A DNA stretch of 64,000 nt from a virus. Below are positions 17,226 to 26,451 of this stretch, one piece after another. Below the pieces are notes generated by a model that did no database searches, was not told the DNA's origin, and worked only from the letters and a program-made list of their open reading frames with translations. The translations under genes were made by a program, and so were the position numbers. Position 1 is the first letter of the stretch. Each line of letters opens with the position of its first letter. The stretch lies in the IMG/VR virus record IMGVR_UViG_3300031578_000014; one strand, written 5' to 3'.

Positions 17226-17564
17226 ATGGGAAGTCTGAGTGTGGTGGCGCTACTGGTGATCGCAATACATGCGCTAGTGGGATGGATGCTATGTGAGATC
17301 GCAAAGCGCATGCTGGCCCTGAGGGTTGTGGGCGCGGTGGCGATGGAGGGCGACTGGGAGACCGCGCAGGAATGGAAAGTGAGGGCGATGGCTGCAGTCC
17401 TATACAGAACGCTGCCGCGCTGGCTCAAGATCTCGGAAGTCACGCTGGCCGACGTTTCTGTGAATGAATGGCGCAAGGCCGTTGAATGGTACCGGAAACA
17501 TCAACCTCGTGAGGATACGGCTCTGTTCGGCTGCCAGTGCTGCGAGAACACGGGACCTTGGTAG
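17226..17564 (+). CDS. membrane protein upstream of SleB-like hydrolase (holin-like by position only)
   Basis: ATG 17226 behind AAGGAGGGAG; N-terminal TM SLSVVALLVIAIHALVGWML. Confidence 0.45.
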   Translation: MGSLSVVALLVIAIHALVGWMLCEIAKRMLALRVVGAVAMEGDWETAQEWKVRAMAAVLYRTLPRWLKISEVTLADVSVNEWRKAVEWYRKHQPREDTALFGCQCCENTGPW

Positions 17565-17980
17565 GGTACTACATCGCCCTGATCGTCCTCACGGTCCTCA
17601 TGGAGGCGGGGGGTGAACCCCTTCTAGGCCAGGAGATGGTCGCCCGGGTCGTAGTCAACCGGATGAACGTCTCAGGGATGAGCGCGGAAGAGGTTCTGTA
17701 CCAACCGGGGCAGTTCGCGGTCTGGGTGAATCTGGACGTGAGGATGAAAGTCCTTAAATGCGCGGCCAGGGAAGAGTTGACGCCGGGATGTCTGGGGATC
17801 GGCAAAGAGGAATGGTGGCGGACATATCGTATGGTCCTGAGAGTCTACGGGGGCAGTGAGGCCCCTCCCGGACTAGAGGGGATGATGAACTTCGACAACC
17901 CCGCATTCTGGCCCCAAGGGCTGCCTAAGTGGCTAAGAGGGGATTGCCAGCAGATAGGGAAACACAGGTTCTGTCGGTGA
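17537..17980 (+). CDS. cell-wall hydrolase, SleB/CwlJ-like
   Basis: EAGGEPLLGQEMVARVVVNRMN...LYQPGQFAVW matches the SleB-type hydrolase core; start codon uncertain. Confidence 0.7.
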   Translation: MLREHGTLVGYYIALIVLTVLMEAGGEPLLGQEMVARVVVNRMNVSGMSAEEVLYQPGQFAVWVNLDVRMKVLKCAAREELTPGCLGIGKEEWWRTYRMVLRVYGGSEAPPGLEGMMNFDNPAFWPQGLPKWLRGDCQQIGKHRFCR

Positions 17981-18468
17981 GGGAGCGCGTAGTGGCAAAT
18001 CCAAATTGGCGGCGGGAAATCTTGGAGCGAGATGAACACAAATGCCAACTATCAAGAGTATTCGGAATCACCGAGCTAACGGGAGTCCCTTGCGCGGATG
18101 ATCTACAAGTCCACCATAGGACGTATAGACACTACGGACACGAAAGCCTAGAGGATGGGATCACAGTTTGTACTCGATGCCATGACATGCTCACGGATGC
18201 GATTCGGCGGCAACGTATGACTAGGCGCGAGATTGCCGCATCTGACTGTGAGAAGCTACGTCCAGAGATAGAAAGGGAGCAGACAGATGAAGAAGTTGCG
18301 GTTTCGGATTATCGGAGAGTCACCCCTGGTTATGCACAACGGAAGGCTAGCGGATCCGCTAGATTCAATCAGTCGCAAGATGAAGGAGGTTTCATCCAAG
18401 CGGAAGAAGGTGGACGCGGACCACGAGGAACTAGCCCGCCTAGAATGGCACGGCGGTCTATACCTTGA
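17977..18468 (+). CDS. HNH endonuclease (3' third overlaps next gene)
   Basis: ERDEHKCQL...LQVHHRTYRHYGHE...TVCTRCHDMLTD; GTGA overlap start 17977; R/G/S-rich tail overlaps 18287.. by 182 nt. Confidence 0.6.
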   Translation: MRERVVANPNWRREILERDEHKCQLSRVFGITELTGVPCADDLQVHHRTYRHYGHESLEDGITVCTRCHDMLTDAIRRQRMTRREIAASDCEKLRPEIEREQTDEEVAVSDYRRVTPGYAQRKASGSARFNQSQDEGGFIQAEEGGRGPRGTSPPRMARRSIP

Positions 18469-18868
18469 TGAGGGCAGACCGTGTATCCCGGCAGAGAACC
18501 TGGAGGCGGCACTATCCGGCAAGGGTGGGGCGGCGCGCAAGGAGAAGATGGGCAAGCAAGCTGAAGCCGCGATGTTTCTCCCGGGCAATGCCCTGCTGGA
18601 ATATGAGGGCCCGACGGACATCGACAAGCTATGGGCAGATGAGCGTTTCCGTCTTCGCGTAAAGGTCAAGGTCCAGGCTAACGCAGTCATGCGTACACGT
18701 CCTATCTTCCGTGAGTGGGCAGCCAGCTTTGACGTCGCCTTCGATGCGGACCTAGTCAACGAAGAGGACGTAGGGCGATGGGTCAAAGTTGCTGGCGAGG
18801 TCGTTGGCATCGGTGACTGGCGGCCACGGTTCGGGCGATTCCGAGTTGAATCGGTTGAGCTAGTCTAG
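18287..18868 (+). CDS. hypothetical protein
   Basis: Track ORF with AAAGGGAG RBS. Confidence 0.6.
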   Translation: MKKLRFRIIGESPLVMHNGRLADPLDSISRKMKEVSSKRKKVDADHEELARLEWHGGLYLDEGRPCIPAENLEAALSGKGGAARKEKMGKQAEAAMFLPGNALLEYEGPTDIDKLWADERFRLRVKVKVQANAVMRTRPIFREWAASFDVAFDADLVNEEDVGRWVKVAGEVVGIGDWRPRFGRFRVESVELV

Positions 18869-19268
18869 GCGTGGCGAGGCTAGGCGCGGCGGGGCACGGC
18901 GCGGCCAGCACGGGCACGGCCTGGCGCGGCCGGGCATGGCAAGGCAGGGAGTAGGAATCATCGCCCACGGCGAGGCCCGCCCAGGCGCGGCGCGGCGAGG
19001 CATGGCCTGGCCGGGCGGGGCGAGGCCGGGCCGGGCAAGGCAGGGATTCACTCTGGGGAGGGGGCACGTTTGGGCGGGGTATGGCATGTCAAGGACTTTC
19101 TTGAGTGACATAGCTTGGCGGGGCTTGGCGCAGCGTGGAGCGGCGGGGCATGGTCGGGCGCGGCGGGGCGAGGCGAGGCAGGGTTCCAGTCTGGCGATCA
19201 TAAGATTCGTGGCTTGGCCCGGCTGGGTTGGGCGGGGCGGGGCGCGGTAAGGCACGGCATGGCAGGGC
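18866..19268. repeat. four blocks of tandem NNGGC pentanucleotide repeats
   Basis: Blocks 18866-18950 (17 units), 18967-19046 (16), 19115-19184 (14), 19209-19268 (12); each ends in (A/G)AGGC-AGGG or ATGGC-AGGGC. Confidence 0.9.
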
Positions 19269-19283
19269 AAACTAGGAACCAGC

Positions 19284-19847
19284 ATGGTGTTTGAAGCACA
19301 ACTGGCGTTGTGGGAGAGGCAGAAGGAGGAGACCAACGCGGCATGGGCGGCGTTTCAGGTCTACCGGGACCTGCTGCCGGGAGACCGCAATTTGTTGGGA
19401 GCCTATAGGATAGCTAAGGGTCAAGAAAAGGCCAATGTTTGCGGGACTTGGAGACGTTGGTTTGAGCAATACAATTGGAAGAAAAGGGCGGAAGCGTATG
19501 ACCTGCACGTTGATGAGAAGATGCGTCTTGAATTGGAGCGGCAGCGAATCGAGGCCCGCAAGGAAACCGCCGAACTCGGGAAAATGCTCAGGCGCAAGGC
19601 GCAAGAGGCGCTGAGTGTTTTCAGCGGCATCAATGAAGGGGTGGAGAGCAAAGACGGCGAGGAGATTCATACAGCAGAGCCAAACTTGACCCCATACCAG
19701 ATGGCCCGTCTGGCATCAGTGGGCGTTGCCCTGGAGAGACTGGCCTTGGGCGAACCTCAGACCACAACGGATGTCACATCAGGCGGCGCAAAGGTGCACT
19801 TCTTCCTCCCCGAAAAGGAAGGAGATGGCAGGGACGGGGATGAATGA
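19284..19847 (+). CDS. terS: terminase small subunit
   Basis: Position immediately 5' of and overlapping terL; N-terminal HTH-like region then charged coiled coil. Confidence 0.6.
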   Translation: MVFEAQLALWERQKEETNAAWAAFQVYRDLLPGDRNLLGAYRIAKGQEKANVCGTWRRWFEQYNWKKRAEAYDLHVDEKMRLELERQRIEARKETAELGKMLRRKAQEALSVFSGINEGVESKDGEEIHTAEPNLTPYQMARLASVGVALERLALGEPQTTTDVTSGGAKVHFFLPEKEGDGRDGDE

Positions 19848-21235
19848 GCGCTATGGACGACACGATGATCAAGTCGCAGCCAGGCCCACAGATGGCCTTT
19901 CTAAGGTCGAGTGCCGACATCACGTTCTACGGGGGCGCGGCGGGCGGCGGCAAGACCTACGCCCTGCTGCTGGAGCCCATATTCCACATCGACAACCCGG
20001 ATTTCGGCGCGGTCATCTTCCGCCAGACCTACCCGCAGATCATGCAGGAAGGCGGCATGTGGGACGAGAGCGCCAGACTGTATACGCTCTTAGGTGCCCA
20101 GCAGAGAGCGATGAGGTTAGAATGGCGCTTCCCATCGGGTGCCCGAGTGAGATTCGCATACATGCAATATGAGAATGACAAGTACAGACATCAGGGAGCA
20201 CAGATCCCCTTGATTGGCTTCGACCAGGCTGAGCAATTCTCCGCTGGGCAGTTCTTCTTCATGCTATCGAGGAACCGGAGCATGTGCGGGGTCAAGCCAT
20301 ACGTGCGCGCAACCTGCAACCCAGACCCGGACTCCTGGCTCGCGGGTTTCTTGTCGTGGTGGATCGACCAAGACAGCGGGTACGCGAGACAGGATAGGGC
20401 AGGGCATACTAGGTGGTTTGTGAGAAGCGGCGATGAGCTGGTTTGGGGAGACACGCGGGAGGAGTTGGCAGAACGGTTCCGCGCAGTGGAAGGCATACAG
20501 CCCAAATCGGTCACCTTCATTCCGGCGAGCGTTCGTGACAATAAGATTCTGCTGGAGAGAGACCCCGGCTACCTCGCAAACCTGATGGCCCTCCCTACGA
20601 TTGACAGGGAGCGGCTTTTGGAGGGCAACTGGAAGATCAGGCCGGAGGCTGGGCTGTTATTCAACAGGGGGTGGTTCGAGATCATCCCAGCTGCTCCTCG
20701 AGGCGGCAAGATGTGCAGGTTCTGGGACTTGGCGGCCACGAAGAAAGAAATGAAGAAGGCCGATCCCGACCGGACCGCTGGCGTCTTGCAGAGACAGACA
20801 GAGGGGCTATACATCGTTGAGGACTGTATCGAAGTCACGGACGGCCCCGCAGAGGTGGATCGGCTTCTGGTGAATACAGCATCTCAGGACTTTCAAAGGG
20901 CACAGGAGACGGGGGCGCGTTACATGGTCCGCTGGGAACAGGAACCCGGGGCCTCGGGCAAACGCGACAGCGCCCGCATTATGAAGATGCTGGCCGGGTA
21001 TGATGCCGCACCCATACGGCCGCAGGGAGACAAAGTGGTTCGTGCCAAGCCATTGAGCAGCCAAGCGTTTGCCGGCAACGTCAAACTACTGGCGGGCCCT
21101 TGGAATGAGGCCTGGCTGACGCATATGCACAACCAGCCGCAGTTCGGCCACGATGACATTATGGATGCCAGTAGTGGAGGGCACAACGTATTGACCCGGA
21201 GTCCTTATGTCTGGGCCAGGGGAGCGGCGGGATGA
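19844..21235 (+). CDS. terL: terminase large subunit
   Basis: Walker A FYGGAAGGGKTYALL, Walker B-like LIGFDQAEQ, C-terminal nuclease-like region; ATGA overlap with terS. Confidence 0.85.
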   Translation: MSAMDDTMIKSQPGPQMAFLRSSADITFYGGAAGGGKTYALLLEPIFHIDNPDFGAVIFRQTYPQIMQEGGMWDESARLYTLLGAQQRAMRLEWRFPSGARVRFAYMQYENDKYRHQGAQIPLIGFDQAEQFSAGQFFFMLSRNRSMCGVKPYVRATCNPDPDSWLAGFLSWWIDQDSGYARQDRAGHTRWFVRSGDELVWGDTREELAERFRAVEGIQPKSVTFIPASVRDNKILLERDPGYLANLMALPTIDRERLLEGNWKIRPEAGLLFNRGWFEIIPAAPRGGKMCRFWDLAATKKEMKKADPDRTAGVLQRQTEGLYIVEDCIEVTDGPAEVDRLLVNTASQDFQRAQETGARYMVRWEQEPGASGKRDSARIMKMLAGYDAAPIRPQGDKVVRAKPLSSQAFAGNVKLLAGPWNEAWLTHMHNQPQFGHDDIMDASSGGHNVLTRSPYVWARGAAG

Positions 21236-21894
21236 CAGGCTGTGGTCGCTCGATAGGGCCATACGATTGCTGCACCATCATCACGGGTGACGCTAAGGAG
21301 CTTGCCCCGGCGATACCAGATGAGAGCGTGGACCTGATCTTTACTGACCCCGTGTATGACAGGATTGAGGACTATCGGTGGCTGGCAGAGACGGCGGCGA
21401 GGGTGCTCAAGGATGATAGGGCGTGCTTGGCATGGTACGGTGGGCCTGTGCCGTTTGATGTACAGCGTGCCATGGGTGAGTCGTTGACATGGCAGCTCAA
21501 TTATACGGTGCCAGCGAAAGCGAATAAGTTGATTGGGTACAATCTATTCACGTGGACGACATCGTGCCTTTGGTTTCGCAAGGGCAAGGGGTTCCCGATA
21601 AAGCGCATACCAGACACATTCATTGACGGCAGGAAGCCAGCAAATGGCTTCAAATGGAATAAGAACCCTGCGGTTATTGAGCGGTGGGTAGATGCGTTCA
21701 CGAAGATTGATGCAGTTGTGGTTGACCCGTTCACTGGGCACGGCGTTGTCCCCGCTGTCTGCAAGATGCTGGGCCGTCACTACCTAGCCTTCGAGATAGA
21801 CCCCGACGTGGCAGAGCGGGCTAGGGAGCGGGTGAGGAACACGCAGCCCCCGCTATTCGTGATGCAGCCCGAGCAAGTAGAGATGCAACTATGA
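21232..21894 (+). CDS. DNA methyltransferase (DPVY), paralog of 3775..4536
   Basis: IFTDPVYD and VVDPFTGHGVV motifs; shared termini GCGRSIGPYDCCTIITGDA / RARERVRNTQPPLFVMQPEQ. Confidence 0.75.
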   Translation: MTGCGRSIGPYDCCTIITGDAKELAPAIPDESVDLIFTDPVYDRIEDYRWLAETAARVLKDDRACLAWYGGPVPFDVQRAMGESLTWQLNYTVPAKANKLIGYNLFTWTTSCLWFRKGKGFPIKRIPDTFIDGRKPANGFKWNKNPAVIERWVDAFTKIDAVVVDPFTGHGVVPAVCKMLGRHYLAFEIDPDVAERARERVRNTQPPLFVMQPEQVEMQL

Positions 21895-21936
21895 ACCTAT
21901 TTACACGCGTAAAGGGAGCGACTGAGAGGGTCAACT

Positions 21937-23586
21937 ATGGCAAGTAAAGTAGAGCGGGCAATCCCCGACAAGATCTATTCAAAACAGCCTCGGTTCCTGG
22001 ATCCCAAACAGGTATTTGGCTCGGTGTTCGGATGGGTACAGCGCGCCGACATGGAGGAGAAACCATACCAGGCTAACTCTATGGCTAGGGATCAATGGCT
22101 GCGCGGTTTCATTCGCAGGGAACCCCACCTCTTGGGAGTGATGAACTCAGTCATCTCGATCGACAAGAACAGGGGTTGGTCTATCGTCGGCGGGCGCAAC
22201 CAGGTCATTCGCTTCACGAATGTGATGCACTCCGCAGAGCACGGCGCGGGGTGGAGGTACTACCTCGGGAGAGGGGCTAAAGGCTTCTACAACGCGGACC
22301 TGGGGTTCATCGGGGAAACCGGCCGCGACGGCAAGGATGGACCATTGAGGGCCCTCTACAACGTGGATTCGGCCCGGTGCCGTCTGACCGGCAACTGGGA
22401 GGAACCCCTCACATACAGGGCAAGACAGGGCGGAGAGTTCAATTGGGCGCCCGGTGACTTCTTCCGCGTAACGCCGATGCCGTCGGACGAAGAAGCCCTG
22501 TTCGGTTTGGGGTTGTGCGCCGTCAGTAGGTGCCTCGATCTGGCGAAGATCATGATCGCCATCTATGAACACGACCAGGAGAAACTAGGCGCTCGCGCTC
22601 CTAAAGGGCTGCTGCTCCTCCAGAACATCGCTGAGAGCACGTGGGAAGAGGCTATGGAGGCCAGGGAAGACAAGCTGACCGCAAAGCAACGCGATTGGTA
22701 CGGGGGCGTGGCTGTACTCGCTTCTGAGGCGGCAGGTGGAGAATCGATGGACGCTAAACTAGTCGCCCTTTCTCAGCTGCCCGAAGGGTTCGACCTAGAG
22801 AAGTTTACCAACCTCTTGATGTACGGGTATGCCCTTGCCTTTGGATACGACCCCTCGGAGTTCTGGCCGGTACAGTATGGATCCCTGGGGCGGGGCACGG
22901 AGACGGAGATTCAACACAGGAAGGCCACCGCCAAGGGAGAGATGGACTTCACTACCGGATACCAGGAAGCGCTACAGGAAGAACTACCTGAGACCCTGCA
23001 TTTCGAGTTCGAGCAGAGGGACATCGGGGGAGAAATCCTGGACGCGGAGCTCACTGAAAGGGTCGTGGGGTGGGTAACTCAGGCGTATGAGACCGGTCTG
23101 TTACAGGGCCAGCCGCTTCTAACCAGGGAACAGGCGATCTCCCTTCTGGTGGAGAAGGGCGTAGTGCCGGAGGAATGGACTGCGATCGAGGAAGACGTAG
23201 AAGGCACTGACGTGGAGGACGTGGACCGCTGGCGCAAGGTGCAGCGGCAACGCGCCCTAGAGATGCCTCGGGTGAGGCTGGCTATCGAAGCCTTCCCTGA
23301 GGAGCCAATCATCAAATACATCTATGACCCCGTCAAGCACCCGCTTGGGAGAGAACTGTACTTGTGGGATAGGGCAGCGGACGCGGTGGCCCGCAAGAGT
23401 TGGAGGGTGATCAAGCGTGAGACCGGAGAGGTGATCTATTCCGAGGGCGGAGTGACGATCACTGAGGAAGACGTGAACAGGGCTATACAGGAGGGCGGCA
23501 AGAGAGTCGATCCGGAGCTCGCAGAACTGTTCACGGCTCCTGAGGGGACGGAGAGATCATTGTGGCAGCGGATTCTCGGACGATGA
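21937..23586 (+). CDS. portal protein (by size and position)
   Basis: 549-aa ORF following the terminase genes; no motif check possible. Confidence 0.55.
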   Translation: MASKVERAIPDKIYSKQPRFLDPKQVFGSVFGWVQRADMEEKPYQANSMARDQWLRGFIRREPHLLGVMNSVISIDKNRGWSIVGGRNQVIRFTNVMHSAEHGAGWRYYLGRGAKGFYNADLGFIGETGRDGKDGPLRALYNVDSARCRLTGNWEEPLTYRARQGGEFNWAPGDFFRVTPMPSDEEALFGLGLCAVSRCLDLAKIMIAIYEHDQEKLGARAPKGLLLLQNIAESTWEEAMEAREDKLTAKQRDWYGGVAVLASEAAGGESMDAKLVALSQLPEGFDLEKFTNLLMYGYALAFGYDPSEFWPVQYGSLGRGTETEIQHRKATAKGEMDFTTGYQEALQEELPETLHFEFEQRDIGGEILDAELTERVVGWVTQAYETGLLQGQPLLTREQAISLLVEKGVVPEEWTAIEEDVEGTDVEDVDRWRKVQRQRALEMPRVRLAIEAFPEEPIIKYIYDPVKHPLGRELYLWDRAADAVARKSWRVIKRETGEVIYSEGGVTITEEDVNRAIQEGGKRVDPELAELFTAPEGTERSLWQRILGR

Positions 23587-23753
23587 ACGCGGGAGTAGCC
23601 TGGATCAAGAGAGCCATCGCGGGGGCCACGTGGGCTCACGTTTCGATGGAGCCTCCTATGCCCCAGCCCAGGGAGTGGGTGTTCGTCGGCAGGACTGACA
23701 ATGGACCGAGGAACGTGTTTTGGTGGGAGATCGTTCAGGTATGGTGGAACTGA
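23583..23753 (+). CDS. small hypothetical protein
   Basis: ATGA overlap with portal stop; within track ORF 23562..23753. Confidence 0.4.
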   Translation: MNAGVAWIKRAIAGATWAHVSMEPPMPQPREWVFVGRTDNGPRNVFWWEIVQVWWN

Positions 23754-23763
23754 GGAGGGAGCG

Positions 23764-24120
23764 ATGAGTAGGGAGCTTGACGCCTTAGTAGAGAAGCACA
23801 TCTTCGGGAGAGACCCAAGTTATTACGACTGCCCCCACTTCGATGAGAAGGGGCGTATGCTCTCGTTCTGCATTTGCCCCGAGATGCCGCACCGGAGTTC
23901 CGATCCAACGTCAGCATGGCCGATTATTGACCACCTCACGGCTGAACTACTACTCACCTTTCGGATTCAGATCACAAAGCCGGGTGAGGCAACAGTTGAA
24001 TGTTGGGGTCCTTATTCAGCCCCCTTGACCGAGAGCGGACCTGTTGCAGAGGCGATCTGTATGTGCGGGTTAGCCGCTATGGGTGTTGATGTCGTGAAGG
24101 AACTCGCGGCGCAAGGATAG
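23764..24120 (+). CDS. phage ABA-sandwich-domain-like protein, paralog 1
   Basis: MSRELDALVEKHIFG N-terminus; C-terminus VVKELAAQG shared with the next gene. Confidence 0.55.
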   Translation: MSRELDALVEKHIFGRDPSYYDCPHFDEKGRMLSFCICPEMPHRSSDPTSAWPIIDHLTAELLLTFRIQITKPGEATVECWGPYSAPLTESGPVAEAICMCGLAAMGVDVVKELAAQG

Positions 24121-24132
24121 AGGAAGGGAGCA

Positions 24133-24561
24133 ATGGGTACGGAGCTTGACGCGTTGGTAGCCGAGAAGGTGATGGGCCTCGATGTTGAGTGGAATACTGA
24201 GACGCCATGCCCCTATTGCGATTCAGAGATGCGCTACTGTGGGGATAGATCGCGGTGTACTCAGTGTGGCGAATGGCGCTATGGCCCATATAAGGAATAC
24301 TCCACCAACATGGCCGCCGCATGGGAAGTGGTGGAGAAGCTATGCAACTGGGATGTGGGCGACAACATGCTAATACTGATGGGGCAGGGCCCAGACCCGT
24401 CTAACCCTGACGATCCGGGCAACTGGTGGGAAGCGGAAATCAACGGCATTAAGATTGGCAAGGTCAAGGCCAAGGCTGATACCGCGCCTCACGCCATCTG
24501 CCTAGCGGCCCTCAAGGCCAAGGAAGTCGATGCTGTAAAGGAACTCGCGGCGCAAGGTTAG
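24133..24561 (+). CDS. phage ABA-sandwich-domain-like protein, paralog 2
   Basis: MGTELDALVAEKVMGLD; CPYC..CTQC zinc ribbon; ends AVKELAAQG. Confidence 0.55.
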   Translation: MGTELDALVAEKVMGLDVEWNTETPCPYCDSEMRYCGDRSRCTQCGEWRYGPYKEYSTNMAAAWEVVEKLCNWDVGDNMLILMGQGPDPSNPDDPGNWWEAEINGIKIGKVKAKADTAPHAICLAALKAKEVDAVKELAAQG

Positions 24562-24571
24562 AGGAGGGAGC

Positions 24572-24724
24572 ATGGAAACGGTTGTAATACGAGACAGCAA
24601 GGGAAAAGCCCGGAAGGCGGTAAAGATAGGAAACCGGTACTACGTGGAGGTTCCTGGAAACAGCGGCATTTTTGATGATCGCATGGAGAACCATGTCGTG
24701 ATACTACAGGGGGCGAACCGATGA
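24572..24724 (+). CDS. 50-aa hypothetical protein
   Basis: ATG behind GAGGAGGGAGC; ATGA overlap with the next gene. Confidence 0.4.
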   Translation: METVVIRDSKGKARKAVKIGNRYYVEVPGNSGIFDDRMENHVVILQGANR

Positions 24725-25260
24725 CCTGCATAGTAGGGCTAACAGACAAAGGCAAGGTCTACATCGGAGGGGACTCCGCTTCGGGTAATGGATCCATGAC
24801 ACAGGTAAGCACGGTGCCCAAGCTCTTCCGGAAGGATCCGTTCGTGATCGGCTATACGTCGTCTTGGAGGATGGGTCAGATTCTACAGCACCACCTCCGC
24901 GCCGATGACCTCAAGGAAAGCGACTCGGCACACGAGTTCATGGTATGCGTGTTTATCGAGAAGGTGCGCCAGCTATTCAAGACCTTTGGCTATGCCAGAC
25001 GGGAGAACAACGAGGAGACGGGCGGGACATTCCTAGTGGGCTACTGCGGCCACCTGTACTTTATAGGCAGCGACTATCAGGTCAATGAGACCCTAGACGG
25101 CATGGACGCCTGTGGATGCGGTGCTGAGGTAGCACTGGGGGCACTCTACGCAACCAAGGGAACCCAGCTGAACCCCTTCCAGCGGCTCGACATCGCTCTT
25201 GAGGCAGCTGCGCACTTTAGCAGTGACGTTCGGCCGCCGTTCCGCGTCGAAGTTATATGA
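24721..25260 (+). CDS. proteasome-beta/HslV-like Ntn threonine peptidase
   Basis: M-TCIVGL start; with Thr2 as residue 1, Asp17 (GGDS) and Lys33 (VPKLF) fall at canonical positions; GCGAEVALGAL glycine motif. Confidence 0.7.
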   Translation: MTCIVGLTDKGKVYIGGDSASGNGSMTQVSTVPKLFRKDPFVIGYTSSWRMGQILQHHLRADDLKESDSAHEFMVCVFIEKVRQLFKTFGYARRENNEETGGTFLVGYCGHLYFIGSDYQVNETLDGMDACGCGAEVALGALYATKGTQLNPFQRLDIALEAAAHFSSDVRPPFRVEVI

Positions 25261-25270
25261 CAGGAGTCAA

Positions 25271-26242
25271 ATGAGAATCGCCTTCACTGAGCAAACGGTA
25301 ACCAAGACCTTCGGGAGCACTCGTCGGATAGTCGAACTTTCCAACGCCCTGAAAGTCTTAGGGCATGATGTGACGGTCTACACGAAGAACGGGCAGCCGC
25401 CCAAGTGGATCCCGCTCTTTACGCCCGTAAAGCTATGGTCGGCGATTAGGGGAACTTACGACCTGGCTCTGTTCAACAACTCCAAGCCGGACGAACTACG
25501 CTTAGTGAGGAAGACAGACGCGAAGGTCCGCGCCTTCTACGTCCTGGGGTGGGGAGAGACCAGGCTGGACGACATCGAGCAGCACATTAAGGGAGGCAGC
25601 CCGGACCCAGGGATAAGGGTGATCAGAAGCGTCTTCGACGATCCGGAGTTCTTGGTGCTGGCTTGCTCGACGTGGATAGGGCAGCACCTCCGAGACCGAT
25701 ACAGAAACGATGCCGAAACGCTGTTAGGGGGCATCAACCGGCAGCACTTCCGCCCATACCCCAAGGCCAAGGGGTTAAGGGTCTACTACTCGGGGGACCC
25801 GCGAAAGCGCAAAGGCACCGACACTACCAGGAAGGCGATTAGCCAGATGATTCACCGGATGAATCACACGGCCATTGCCCGCACCTACTGGGGAGAGGGT
25901 TTGAGTCAGGTGCAGATGGGGCAATGGTATTCGGAGGCTACGATCTTCGCCGACGGGCAACTATGGGCGGGATGGAACAACCCCGTCCTCGAGGCGATGG
26001 CCTGCAAGACCCCGGTAGTCTGTACGGACATCGGAGGGGTAAAGGATTTCGCCTTTGATGGGGAAACGGCACTGCTGGTGCCACCTAAAGACGTGGACGC
26101 TATGACGGAGGCGTTGATTCGTTTGGTCAAGGATCAGGCATTGAGAGATCGGCTGGCGCAGAATGCTTACAGTCACGTTAAGCAGTTTGCATGGGAGAAG
26201 ACGGCGAGAAGGTTAGTTCAGTTAGTGGAGGAGCGACTGTGA
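25271..26242 (+). CDS. glycosyltransferase, GT-B fold (GT1/GT4-like)
   Basis: EAMACKTPVVCTDIGGVKDFAFDGETALLVPPKD C-terminal sugar-donor motif. Confidence 0.8.
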   Translation: MRIAFTEQTVTKTFGSTRRIVELSNALKVLGHDVTVYTKNGQPPKWIPLFTPVKLWSAIRGTYDLALFNNSKPDELRLVRKTDAKVRAFYVLGWGETRLDDIEQHIKGGSPDPGIRVIRSVFDDPEFLVLACSTWIGQHLRDRYRNDAETLLGGINRQHFRPYPKAKGLRVYYSGDPRKRKGTDTTRKAISQMIHRMNHTAIARTYWGEGLSQVQMGQWYSEATIFADGQLWAGWNNPVLEAMACKTPVVCTDIGGVKDFAFDGETALLVPPKDVDAMTEALIRLVKDQALRDRLAQNAYSHVKQFAWEKTARRLVQLVEERL

Positions 26243-26451
26243 TAGGTGCCTATCTCATAGATGCGTACTTTCGACAACGGAACCTCTTCGATAGGCTGCA
26301 TGAGGAAGAGACGCGAATGGGAGAGATCATCGAGGAGGCAAGCAAGGCATTCGAGCTAGAGAACGGACACCCTCCAATCACTCAGGCAGAGAAGAAACGA
26401 GCACTACTGAATCACGTAATCGCGGAGAGGGAGGCTAGGGACACGAGATGA
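26239..26451 (+). CDS. hypothetical protein
   Basis: GTGA overlap start in track ORF 26191..26451; 3' end repeated at 26979-27014. Confidence 0.45.
   Translation: MIGAYLIDAYFRQRNLFDRLHEEETRMGEIIEEASKAFELENGHPPITQAEKKRALLNHVIAEREARDTR

Noticed and set aside
18287-18868. RAMP/Cas6-like reading of the C-terminal GIGDWRPRFGRF motif and N-terminal ESPLVMHNG
   Set aside because: It only partially matches the GhGxxxxxGhG glycine loop, and there is no other supporting motif. That is too weak without structure prediction.
18866-19268. Possibility that the repeat blocks are a CRISPR array
   Set aside because: There is no constant 25-40 nt repeat alternating with unique spacers; the periodicity is 5 nt. 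No cas genes are present.
18783-19336. ORFs 18936..19250 (+), 18860..19336 (-) and 18783..19067 (-) over the pentamer arrays
   Set aside because: Their sequences are 5-aa-periodic translations of the NNGGC repeat (GxARx / AxPxx) in every frame. There is no RBS, and they are better explained as DNA-level repeats.
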